IMG/VR virus record: IMGVR_UViG_3300005805_000045
Span: 99,886-163,885 of that record
Length of the DNA: 64,000 nt
Direction: 5' to 3' (one strand)
DNA from: a virus
The notes under the pieces were generated by a model. It was not told where the DNA came from, did not search any database, and saw only the letters and a list, made by a program, of their open reading frames with translations. Position numbers and translations under genes: made by a program. Shown here in pieces: positions 17,170 to 25,855 of the stretch (position 1 is the first letter of the stretch; each line of letters starts with the position of its first letter).

Positions 17170-19040
17170 TCTTCGCTCTCATATTCAGAAAGTCTAGACC
17201 AATCCACATCTTTGGGCATTTTTTCAAGAAAAGCATTATACTCTTCTTCAGTGCAATCTTGAAAAGGTGCCTGCTTGTAAATATGGTCACTGAATGGCAA
17301 AAACGATACACCACTTATTTCATCATAGTTTTTCCAAACCCAAGCACCAACTTCTGGCCATTCGTGCTCTTTCACTGATACTGTGATCGAAGGTTTGTGT
17401 TCCGTCCAATGTCTCTGATATGTTAGCCATAGTTCAAGTTGCTCAATAGCGGTCATATCTTTTCTAAAGACTGAGTTGCTTGGTGATTTCATTGGGAATG
17501 AAAACACGTAAGTATGGTCAGGCTTCGTTACATCATCCTCAACTGGAAAACCCATATCAACCATAAGTTTTGCAAGTGGGTCTTTCTTATCTGCTCTTAC
17601 AGTTCTGATATAGAATGGAGCGTGTCTTGCGTGAATGCCCGATGCTGTATCTGTAAGAGAAGAAACTGTACCAGATGGCTTGACGCAAGTAACAGCAGCA
17701 GAAACAGGAATGCCAATCATAGCAGCCCATTCAGCATTGGTCTTTTGTGCGACTTCACGAAGTGTCATTAGGTATGACTCAAGTTGACCACTTGCTTTGC
17801 CGTTTGTGTATGCGCAGTCAAGAATGCCAGTCATAGACACGCCAAGCAAACGCTCTTCCTCACAGTTCTCTTTCCACTTCTTTGATAGATACTTGAAGTT
17901 AGTGAGAGTTGACTGCATTGTGCCAAGAATTGTGGCTAGTTTGACCTTGCGTGCTAGATCATGGATGTCGTCTTCAGCACGAACAATCACTTCAGTAAGA
18001 TTACAGAATTGCCGTGAACGGAGAATGATTTCAGAACATGGATTGGTACCAAACTCATGATTAGGATCACGACGACCAAACTTCTCGGCTTGTGCTTGTG
18101 ATGCTGTACGAGAGAAGATACCACGCTCGCCTGACTTTGACTCATAGAGTGATAGCCACTCACGCATGAATACACCAACGTCGATCTTTTCTTTAGCCAC
18201 GAAAGAATTGTTGGCTAGAGCACGTTGAACGTTATCTTCCCACCATGCACCAGACTTTGCTACCCGCATACGGTCATCGGAAAGATCAGACAAAGAAATA
18301 AGAGCAGATCGACGAACACCGCCAACGACAACGATTTCAGCAATCTTACAAACGATGTCATGGCATTCAAGTGTGGTTAGACGACGACCAGCAGCCTTCT
18401 TGAAGATATTAGTACAGAAATGAAACAGCGAAACAAGTGGATCAGGACCAGATGCACGACCACCAAAGGTCTTGAGAACAGCACCAGCAGGCCGTACTTT
18501 AGATACGTCCCACTTTGGAACTTGACCAGCATAGAGCAATTGAAGAAGTTCTTTGAGAGCCTTAGCCCAACCGAGCTTTGAATCTGCTACCATGATAACA
18601 GTATCAGTCTCATGGAGTTCTTCAGCCACAACAGGAAGTTGATCGACATACTTCTGCTCGACAGAGAATCCAACACCTGTACCATTCATGAGGATGTAAA
18701 GGATCTCATCAAATGACCGAGGATTATCTACAGCCACATAAGAACAATTATAGCCAGCCACATTTTCCTTCTTGAGAGCTTCACCAGCAGTCATCAAGCA
18801 TCGCATGGATGGCATGATCTGCATAGAAAGAACAGCATCCTCAAGTTCCTTACGCATTTCCTTTGTAAGGGTAAACTTGTTGTTGTCCTTCAAGTGCTCT
18901 TCGAAGAAATCGAAATATCGAGCTACAGTCTCGGGCCAAGTCTCACGACGGTTCTTTTCTGGGAGCCAACGAGAGTACCGAGAGAGATGGATAAATTCTT
19001 GATATGAAGTCATCCCATAATTGTTCTTTTTGTTTAGCAT
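17115..19040 (-). CDS. nrdJ: class II (adenosylcobalamin) ribonucleotide reductase
   Basis: MPSMR, YNC, VVVGGVRRSA, TNPCSEI, TCVKPSGT, C-terminal CSAGGCEI. Confidence 0.95.
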   Translation of the reverse strand: MLNKKNNYGMTSYQEFIHLSRYSRWLPEKNRRETWPETVARYFDFFEEHLKDNNKFTLTKEMRKELEDAVLSMQIMPSMRCLMTAGEALKKENVAGYNCSYVAVDNPRSFDEILYILMNGTGVGFSVEQKYVDQLPVVAEELHETDTVIMVADSKLGWAKALKELLQLLYAGQVPKWDVSKVRPAGAVLKTFGGRASGPDPLVSLFHFCTNIFKKAAGRRLTTLECHDIVCKIAEIVVVGGVRRSALISLSDLSDDRMRVAKSGAWWEDNVQRALANNSFVAKEKIDVGVFMREWLSLYESKSGERGIFSRTASQAQAEKFGRRDPNHEFGTNPCSEIILRSRQFCNLTEVIVRAEDDIHDLARKVKLATILGTMQSTLTNFKYLSKKWKENCEEERLLGVSMTGILDCAYTNGKASGQLESYLMTLREVAQKTNAEWAAMIGIPVSAAVTCVKPSGTVSSLTDTASGIHARHAPFYIRTVRADKKDPLAKLMVDMGFPVEDDVTKPDHTYVFSFPMKSPSNSVFRKDMTAIEQLELWLTYQRHWTEHKPSITVSVKEHEWPEVGAWVWKNYDEISGVSFLPFSDHIYKQAPFQDCTEEEYNAFLEKMPKDVDWSRLSEYESEDHTEGVQMLSCSAGGCEI

Positions 19041-19050
19041 TGTTCCTACC

Positions 19051-19215
19051 TTATTCCTGCAATAGTTGTTTCGTTGTTCCTGTGGCCTCGTTGACTGTCT
19101 TTGATTTGCGTGGACAGTTTGGATTCTGACAGGTTAGTTCTGATGTTGGGGGGCAGATGCACCCTTGTGGTGACCCGCAATTGCCACCACAGCAATCTGG
19201 TTTATTACAAGCCAT
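19051..19215 (-). CDS. Cys-rich small protein
   Basis: 8 Cys in the first 34 aa; AAGGAG RBS. Confidence 0.6.
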   Translation of the reverse strand: MACNKPDCCGGNCGSPQGCICPPTSELTCQNPNCPRKSKTVNEATGTTKQLLQE

Positions 19216-19438
19216 TCTTGACTCCTTTTGATTTTTCAACTTCATTATTCAAGCGGTCACATAACGACTGTGCTTCTGATTGTTCTGAAAACATTCTCAT
19301 GACTATGTGTGAATGTTTTTCCATGACCATCCATCCACCACTTTTCTTCTGCTTGATAATAAAGCTAGCCGTTTTCTTCTTACTACCACGCATTCTGATC
19401 GGCGGGATATATATTTGATTCACACGTCGTCTTGCCAT
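19205..19438 (-). CDS. hypothetical protein
   Basis: ATG immediately after the thyX stop. Confidence 0.6.
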   Translation of the reverse strand: MARRRVNQIYIPPIRMRGSKKKTASFIIKQKKSGGWMVMEKHSHIVMRMFSEQSEAQSLCDRLNNEVEKSKGVKNGL

Positions 19439-19439
19439 G

Positions 19440-20102
19440 TCACATGTCCTTGATTGATGCGAATTGAGTTGTGATGATATTCCAACATTCTGTAGCAATC
19501 TCACGATGTTCTTTCTGTGTGCCATTACCCATGCGTAACTGACAATAATGAATCCAGCTTCGTAGACTTCCAGTCATATACATGCGAGACATTGTGATGC
19601 CTTCTGGAAGAACAGCACGAGCTTGTTCTTTAGCAACACCATTTTCTAATGCCCATTTGTATGTTAATTTAGTTTCATGAATTAGCTGCTTTTGCTTGAG
19701 TTCCCATGTGTCTTTGATCTTCTGGTCATTTGTCTCAATAGAGTTCTGACGGTTCTTTGTGTCCTGAAGGCGTGCTTCACGAGTCTGGAATCCAAGTTGT
19801 GAAGCATCAGCATACCGTTGAGAGAACTCTTGGAACGAGAATGATCGATGCCGAAGGATTTGCCGTGCAATGTCACGAGTCGTATTTATTTCCATGACAA
19901 CATGAACCATCTCAAATGGACTCCAATGTTGACTCTTGCTGAGATATTTGAGTAGCTTGGCTGACGTATCGAAATTTTCTTGATTAGCAGGATTGGACAC
20001 ACGAGCACAGTATGCAACCAGGTCTTCAGATGAAGGTAGGCTGTTGCTACCTTCAAATGCACCCAGAACAGGCTGTGTCATAGCGATTAGACGAACGCTC
20101 AT
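19440..20102 (-). CDS. thyX: flavin-dependent thymidylate synthase
   Basis: HWSPFE, RQILRHRSFSFQEFSQRY, TQKEH. Confidence 0.97.
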   Translation of the reverse strand: MSVRLIAMTQPVLGAFEGSNSLPSSEDLVAYCARVSNPANQENFDTSAKLLKYLSKSQHWSPFEMVHVVMEINTTRDIARQILRHRSFSFQEFSQRYADASQLGFQTREARLQDTKNRQNSIETNDQKIKDTWELKQKQLIHETKLTYKWALENGVAKEQARAVLPEGITMSRMYMTGSLRSWIHYCQLRMGNGTQKEHREIATECWNIITTQFASIKDM

Positions 20103-20103
20103 A

Positions 20104-21123
20104 TTATACCTCACATTTTTTATAAAGTTGGAGTTGGAGTTGTGCTTTGAGATCAGAGAATGTGTTGGAATCAATTGTAGATTTGATTTGGTCAGAAGTC
20201 ATGCCAGACAGGATCATATCGTTGATGTCCTTAGACTTGATGGTGGCTGGCCACACACAAATCTTTTTGCCTGTCTTGACTGCTTTACTCATGTGCTTGA
20301 CGATTTCTTTGTTGCGTGGTTCGTTGTCAAAAACAAATATGTAGTCATGATCACCAACTGTCTGAATCACCGAATACAATGCTGCATCCATAGGGGCAAT
20401 GCAGTTATCTAAAAACAGACTGTCGAGTGGACCTTCTACTACGTAAATTGTTTTGGAAAAGTCGATCTTGTTGAGACCAAAAACTTTCTTAGAGTCTTCA
20501 GCCATCTTCAAAGTTATATAGCGAATCTTGGAGTTTGAGATCGTGCGACCTTGCACACCTTGTAGCGTATTTTCAGCATCAAAAAATGGAATCACAATTC
20601 TTTGATCGTTCTCATAAAGTTTTTTGATGCCATCAGATGTTGCAGGAAACATAGACAAAGCAAAGCCCTTGAAGTCTTCAGCATAGTACAGTTCATTCAA
20701 TCGTGGTAGTTTCCGTTTCAATGCATATTGCTTTGCTGGATGATCGTCGTCAAGGTCTGATAGCTTAGGTAGATTGATGACCTTCTTTTGGAATACAGGT
20801 TGTTCCTTAGCCAAGGAGAAGTCTGGACGTGCTACGTTACTATGGCTCTCATTCTTGTACTTCTCAAGTTGGTACTGGGAATATAGATGTGGATCAACGC
20901 TCTTGATAAAGTTACCAAGAGACATGGAAGCACCGCAGTTGTGACAGATATAGTTGATGTTTGTCTTTGTTCTATAGAAATATCCACGAGTCTTGAGCTT
21001 GTTCTTTTTGGAATCTCCACAGAACGGGCACCTAAACGTCCAAAGGAATTCTTTCTTTTGAGCAAACCTTTGGAGCTTGTTTGAAACAAACGAAACGTAT
21101 TGTCTGTCTACGAATATGGTCAT
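20104..21123 (-). CDS. gp61: T4 gp61-like DNA primase
   Basis: CPFCGDS...CHNCG Zn ribbon, VVEGPLDS, DNEPRN, KDINDM; TTGACA-17-TATTGT promoter upstream. Confidence 0.95.
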   Translation of the reverse strand: MTIFVDRQYVSFVSNKLQRFAQKKEFLWTFRCPFCGDSKKNKLKTRGYFYRTKTNINYICHNCGASMSLGNFIKSVDPHLYSQYQLEKYKNESHSNVARPDFSLAKEQPVFQKKVINLPKLSDLDDDHPAKQYALKRKLPRLNELYYAEDFKGFALSMFPATSDGIKKLYENDQRIVIPFFDAENTLQGVQGRTISNSKIRYITLKMAEDSKKVFGLNKIDFSKTIYVVEGPLDSLFLDNCIAPMDAALYSVIQTVGDHDYIFVFDNEPRNKEIVKHMSKAVKTGKKICVWPATIKSKDINDMILSGMTSDQIKSTIDSNTFSDLKAQLQLQLYKKCEV

Positions 21124-21182
21124 ACATCACCGTTTTCCATTAAGTCAAATGGAGCTAACAATACACTGATTGAGTCACGTTG

Positions 21183-21686
21183 TCAATGAAATATTTTGGC
21201 TATGTCGATGGCTTTAGAGAGAAGAAATACACCCAATCCTATTGCACCCATAACCATGTAGCGATACATGTCTATTTCGGAAATCTTGTTGGTAAGATCG
21301 GCTTTGAGTCCGTGTATTTCAGTTAGGATCGTTTGTTGTGATTGATTGATTTTGTTAGTCAAGTCTACGTTCACTGTATTGATTTTATTGTTCAACTTCT
21401 GCATCTCATCATTACTGTCTTGTCTTTGTGTTTCCAAAACTCTCTCTATGTCTGCTATGAGCCTGTCTTGTGAATTGATCTTTTGTTCATGAAGAGAAGC
21501 ATTTCTAGAGATATCAATCGCCACCTGTTCAAGTCTAGAAATGGAAGATTCGGATTGCTGGAATGTGGTTTTTATAGTGTCAATATCTTTTTTAAGCAAA
21601 GCAATTTCCAACTTGTTCTTATAAGCGCATTCGTCTGTTACTGACACTGGTAGTGGCTCCGAGTTACTTGCTTCCGTATTTAGCAT
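21183..21686 (-). CDS. coiled-coil protein with C-terminal TM segment
   Basis: heptad repeats; YRYMVMGAIGLGVFLL; position upstream of primase. Confidence 0.7.
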   Translation of the reverse strand: MLNTEASNSEPLPVSVTDECAYKNKLEIALLKKDIDTIKTTFQQSESSISRLEQVAIDISRNASLHEQKINSQDRLIADIERVLETQRQDSNDEMQKLNNKINTVNVDLTNKINQSQQTILTEIHGLKADLTNKISEIDMYRYMVMGAIGLGVFLLSKAIDIAKIFH

Positions 21687-22092
21687 AGCACATGTATCCT
21701 GTTCTCTCACACTGTAGGATAATAGGTTTTTTCCTATTCTTCTTTGCATGTGCGCTAATCGCACGACCATAGTCAGTTTCTTGAAGATATTTTGTCCAGT
21801 GTTTGTATTCTTTCTTTGCCATTCTAGCAGAATTGAATACGCTCTCTGGAACTATAAATGTTTCGTTACCTGCAAACATACCACGCTTGACTTCGAACAT
21901 AGGTTGAGGAAGCCTACGATTGATAGCATCCTGCATGATAGGCGTTTCTTGCTCATTTCTCTTTTTATACGCTGTTTTGGATGGATTGACACCAGGCTCA
22001 CCTTGTGGACCTACACCAAGACCAGCAATATTACCACCACCAGCAGAATTAGCTGGTGCATCTTCCTCTATTTTTCGTACAAATCGCTTCAT
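21664..22092 (-). CDS. late hypothetical protein
   Basis: IEEDAPANSAGGGNIAG...GEPGV. Confidence 0.7.
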   Translation of the reverse strand: MKRFVRKIEEDAPANSAGGGNIAGLGVGPQGEPGVNPSKTAYKKRNEQETPIMQDAINRRLPQPMFEVKRGMFAGNETFIVPESVFNSARMAKKEYKHWTKYLQETDYGRAISAHAKKNRKKPIILQCERTGYMCYAKYGSK

Positions 22093-22099
22093 TTTTCTC

Positions 22100-22127
22100 T
22101 TGACACCCTTGACAACGTGTATATAAT
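22100..22127 (+). promoter_or_regulatory. consensus sigma70 promoter antisense to late genes
   Basis: TTGACA-16-TATAAT in an intergenic gap, with no plus-strand gene downstream. Confidence 0.55.
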
Positions 22128-22155
22128 GGCTGTGTGCCTGTTTCAATGAAATACT

Positions 22156-22542
22156 TTAGATACTTCTTAGTCTTTGACCTACATCCAAATCAACTGTGAT
22201 ATCACTTGAGTTGATGTTTCTTCCTCTGATACCAATAACAATTTGTGGCATATAAGACAAAAACAGTAAGAATGTTTTCAATATGTGATAGTCACTACTG
22301 TCTATCTTATAGAATAACATTCTAACTGTTGCTTCTGTTCCAAACACATTTGAAAGAACGATGATATGATTTAGTATCAAACGTTCTTTCAAATTACCAG
22401 TTGCTTTATATTTTCTAATCAATCTCTTGATATACTTTATCCGCTTCAAATCTCCTTCAAATTCACTCATGATGCAATTTGGAGTATTGTAGCATTTCAT
22501 AGCATAGATAAGAAAATTGTTTTCATTCAAATCATCAAACAT
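22156..22542 (-). CDS. conserved T4-like phage protein
   Basis: EF..DL.RIKYIKRL...LKERLILNHII...NVFG. Confidence 0.85.
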   Translation of the reverse strand: MFDDLNENNFLIYAMKCYNTPNCIMSEFEGDLKRIKYIKRLIRKYKATGNLKERLILNHIIVLSNVFGTEATVRMLFYKIDSSDYHILKTFLLFLSYMPQIVIGIRGRNINSSDITVDLDVGQRLRSI

Positions 22543-22912
22543 TATTCTCTTTAGTGTGACTTCTCTCTAATCTATTCATCATACGACGAATAGTTTCTTT
22601 TCGTTGTTGATGTTTATTATAAGCTACTTTATATTTTTCCATGTCTGGTTTAGCTTTTCTTGCTTTCAAAAACTCTGAATCAGCAAATCGACTAAAACCT
22701 TCTAAATTATCTTTTGTATTATGTTTACGATTAGTTTTCTCAGAATGTGTCCACAAAGCATCATAACCTTTAGGTAATTTTATTTTTTTCACTTTTATTT
22801 TCTTAGATGATTTTTTTCTTTTCTTTGATGAACGATATTCTTTAACAGCTTGATGAATCGCTTTTAGTTCACCTTTTGTAAGTCCTTTAGCTTCTGTCAG
22901 TTGACTTTTTTT
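22535..22912 (-). CDS. basic ORF with no good own start; probably reached by -1 slippage from the upstream gene
   Basis: frame open from the A9 run at 22912 to 22535; first standard start is a weak GTG at 22792. Confidence 0.5.
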   Translation of the reverse strand, partial: KKSQLTEAKGLTKGELKAIHQAVKEYRSSKKRKKSSKKIKVKKIKLPKGYDALWTHSEKTNRKHNTKDNLEGFSRFADSEFLKARKAKPDMEKYKVAYNKHQQRKETIRRMMNRLERSHTKENNV

Positions 22913-23481
22913 TTACGTAGAACAAGTTTCATTTTTGGCATATCTTCACAAGAACTATTCATCATTGGTGCACCTGAAATTCTTTTAGGACCTGTTTCAG
23001 GACCAGCAAGAGCAACTTCATCTAGTCTATCTTCACGAGCATCTTCAGCAGAATCGTCATCCATATCATCTTCTAGATTATCTAAAAGTTCATCTAGTTC
23101 TTCTTGTGTTACGATTTCGGCAAACACATCAAAGAGACCACGATCATCCATCTTATATTCAAAGTAGAGAGAATATGGTTCATCGATCTTTGTGACGACT
23201 TCTCCATTATCTCTCATACCCATGACTTCGCCAAATTGCTTGATCTGGAATACTTCTACTCCATGATCACCCTCAAGAAAGGTTGTCTTAGGAAGAAAGA
23301 TGTGAAAGTTGGCTAGAACTTTTCTGATTTTTTCCATGGCAATATAAGGAGTAATGTAACACTTGCTCAAAGAACCAGTCAGAAATGTGTTGATGTTGTC
23401 ACGAACAGCATCAACGTTGACCCCAACAAGACCTCTTTCAACATATGGTGTGATATCAACTTCTTCCTTGAGGTTTTTCAT
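22897..23481 (-). CDS. late hypothetical protein (possible head-associated)
   Basis: ORF with acidic tract; MKNLKEE N-terminus. Confidence 0.75.
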   Translation of the reverse strand: MKNLKEEVDITPYVERGLVGVNVDAVRDNINTFLTGSLSKCYITPYIAMEKIRKVLANFHIFLPKTTFLEGDHGVEVFQIKQFGEVMGMRDNGEVVTKIDEPYSLYFEYKMDDRGLFDVFAEIVTQEELDELLDNLEDDMDDDSAEDAREDRLDEVALAGPETGPKRISGAPMMNSSCEDMPKMKLVLRKKKVN

Positions 23482-23484
23482 TTA

Positions 23485-24090
23485 TTAGACTCCAGAATAT
23501 ACGACGTTATCTCTTGGATCATCACCAGAGATTGTGCCCATAGCAACAAGTGTTTCAGTCTTAATACGACCAGCACGACCACCGAGAGTTACAGTGAATG
23601 TTGGTTGAGAAATATTAGCACCATTTGTTACAACAGTGATAGCTGAAGCATTTGACCAATCAGAACCACCATTTACAATTGTGATTGTGTTGATAACATT
23701 GAGCTGTGCGTTAGATGAATATGCTTGTAGTGTGTTTTGTGAATTAGCAATAGTGAATGAAGCATTGACAGCAGTACCTTGACCATGTGCTGATGTATCT
23801 GTAAGAAGAAGATAACCAGCAGCATTGATGCCAGAACCACCAGATGCAGAAATAGAAACAACTGGACCTGTGCCATACTTAACTGATACCCAACCTGCAT
23901 GGGCTGGATTTTGTGCTGTTCCTTCAGCAGTAGCTTTTTCAGTAGCGGAAACACCCATAACAGCACCATAAAATTTAGCAGTGTTAGCTACTGTGCTGTT
24001 GATTGTTGAAACTGATTGAACGTTGGATGTGTTAGCAAATACTGGCTTTTGATTACCAGAAGCAGTATCTAATTTACCCCAAAGACTCAT
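23485..24090 (-). CDS. probable virion structural protein
   Basis: MSLWG start, HAGWV, GRIKTETLVAM; AAGGAG RBS; ACTAAATA upstream. Confidence 0.75.
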   Translation of the reverse strand: MSLWGKLDTASGNQKPVFANTSNVQSVSTINSTVANTAKFYGAVMGVSATEKATAEGTAQNPAHAGWVSVKYGTGPVVSISASGGSGINAAGYLLLTDTSAHGQGTAVNASFTIANSQNTLQAYSSNAQLNVINTITIVNGGSDWSNASAITVVTNGANISQPTFTVTLGGRAGRIKTETLVAMGTISGDDPRDNVVYSGV

Positions 24091-24121
24091 TTGTATTACT
24101 CCTTTTATTTTTATTTAGTAT

Positions 24122-24352
24122 TTATCTATTCTGGGCTATCTGAGAATTGAGTTGAGGTTCAAAGTTTACCTCAGTCTTTTCTTTTGTAGGTTCTTCAGTT
24201 TCCTGAGCCTCTTGAGCCAATTTGATACCTGGTCTGTATCTGCCAGAGATGCGTCTAGTGGCACCTCTGGCATATCTATCGGAATGATGACGTTCTTCTA
24301 GTTTTTGTCTACCAACACTTTTAATCATCTCAACGAGTTTATCAAATCGCAT
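24122..24352 (-). CDS. late hypothetical protein
   Basis: ORF in the late cluster. Confidence 0.6.
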   Translation of the reverse strand: MRFDKLVEMIKSVGRQKLEERHHSDRYARGATRRISGRYRPGIKLAQEAQETEEPTKEKTEVNFEPQLNSQIAQNR

Positions 24353-24355
24353 TTA

Positions 24356-25807
24356 TTAACCGCCTGTGTCAGGATTAAACGCTTTTTGTGCCCATGATGG
24401 CTGACCAGCAAATGATCCGCCTCTGCTAGATTGACGTGCAGCTGGTTGACGTGCAGCTGGTTGACGTGCTGCTGGTGGTGGAGCAGCTCGTGCTGGAGCT
24501 GCTGGAGCTGGAACTGCTGGAGCTGCTGGTGCACGTGCTGGAGCTGTAACACGTGCTGGAGCTGTAAAAGTTTCGCCTGGTTTTGCAGCATTAGGATCTT
24601 GAGCAATATTTGGACCAACTCGTGTTACTACACCTCTACCACCAGAAAATGGTTGATTTGGAATATTTCTAGTTAAAGGTCTTGAACGAGAACTGTTTGG
24701 TCCTAAAGGTATATTAGAAGGACCTGTTGATCGTTCTGCTTCTGGAGCTGGAACTGGTGATGCTTCTGGAGCTGGAGCTGGTGATGCTTCTGGAGCTGAA
24801 GCTGGTGGTGCTACTGGTCGATCTGGTAGTTCTGATCTACGAGGCATACGCACACCTGAGCTTGGACGAGCCAACTCTTCAGGGGTTGCATCTCTAATTT
24901 TAGGTTCTGGTTTATCTGTTTCTTGTTCATTCAGTCCCAACAACTCAGCTTGCTCTTCAGTCAATGAACCAAGGAAGTCATTCATCATGTCATAATTACC
25001 ATTCTCATAGATGTTTACAAACTGTTCTTGAAGATTGTATGCGATTTCTTCTAGAATTGATTCTAGTGACTCGTTTGTCTGAACTTTTTTAGCAATTTTG
25101 TGTGCTTTCTTAATTGTAGATTTTTCAAGAGGAGGCTTATCTCCAGTCGATTTCATTGCTGCTGACATACCAACAGCATAAGGATTCACTGCTTCTTTTT
25201 GCATTTGTTTTTTTTGCATTCTCGCTTCTGCTTTTTCAAGATAACGATCTGCTGTACCAAGTTGTTTTGATCGTTTTATATAATTTTTAGCAATAGGAGT
25301 AAGTGTAAATTCTTTTTTTGTAGTATCAATCATAGGAGTGCCTGAAGATTCTTCAGATGCGTCCCTGTACTTTTTCATTCTGATTTTTCTTGTAATTTTT
25401 TGTCTTTCTGTGCCAAAATCTCGAACTTCATCAAGAGATTCTTCTTTTGCGAGAACATGCTTATTTGGATTAGTAGGATGAGGTTTTAGAACACCTGCAC
25501 CAACTAGACGATCTTTTTGTGTTGCTTTATCTCTTGGAGGTGCAAGAGCGGCAAATGATTTAGCACGAGCATCTTCTTCAGCCATATTTTTCTTTGGCCA
25601 CATACCTTCGCTCAAAGCATCTTTGATTGCTTCGTTAAGCATAGCATCATATTGAGCATGTTGTTCATGTGGAAGAGCATTTTTGGAATGAATGCCAAGT
25701 TGTTCGTTGAGAGTAAATTCAACTTGTCTGCGAATCTCATTCTCAAGCATAACTTGCTTGACTGATTCTGTAAGCGCATCTCTTTTTGTGAACTTATTAT
25801 CAAACAT
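24356..25807 (-). CDS. probable internal head/core protein with Pro/Ala-rich tail
   Basis: many L/I-x-E sites; PEASPAPA, APAR and PAARQ repeats. Confidence 0.7.
   Translation of the reverse strand: MFDNKFTKRDALTESVKQVMLENEIRRQVEFTLNEQLGIHSKNALPHEQHAQYDAMLNEAIKDALSEGMWPKKNMAEEDARAKSFAALAPPRDKATQKDRLVGAGVLKPHPTNPNKHVLAKEESLDEVRDFGTERQKITRKIRMKKYRDASEESSGTPMIDTTKKEFTLTPIAKNYIKRSKQLGTADRYLEKAEARMQKKQMQKEAVNPYAVGMSAAMKSTGDKPPLEKSTIKKAHKIAKKVQTNESLESILEEIAYNLQEQFVNIYENGNYDMMNDFLGSLTEEQAELLGLNEQETDKPEPKIRDATPEELARPSSGVRMPRRSELPDRPVAPPASAPEASPAPAPEASPVPAPEAERSTGPSNIPLGPNSSRSRPLTRNIPNQPFSGGRGVVTRVGPNIAQDPNAAKPGETFTAPARVTAPARAPAAPAVPAPAAPARAAPPPAARQPAARQPAARQSSRGGSFAGQPSWAQKAFNPDTGG
24430..24565. repeat. 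coding low-complexity tandem repeats
   Basis: GACGTGCAGCTGGTT-like 15-mers and GCTGGA units. Confidence 0.8.
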
Positions 25808-25855
25808 GGTTTTGGTTCCTTAGACTGAAAAATTGACTATATTGTTATTTATTTA

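Noticed and set aside
18985-19015. MTSYQEFI in NrdJ as a capsid-targeting leader
   Set aside because: YQxFI..SRY.RW is the normal conserved N-terminus of this reductase family.
24430-24810. CRISPR array or non-coding repeat
   Set aside because: The repeats are short, in frame and encode Pro/Ala tracts, with no unique spacers. No CRISPR array was seen anywhere in the window.
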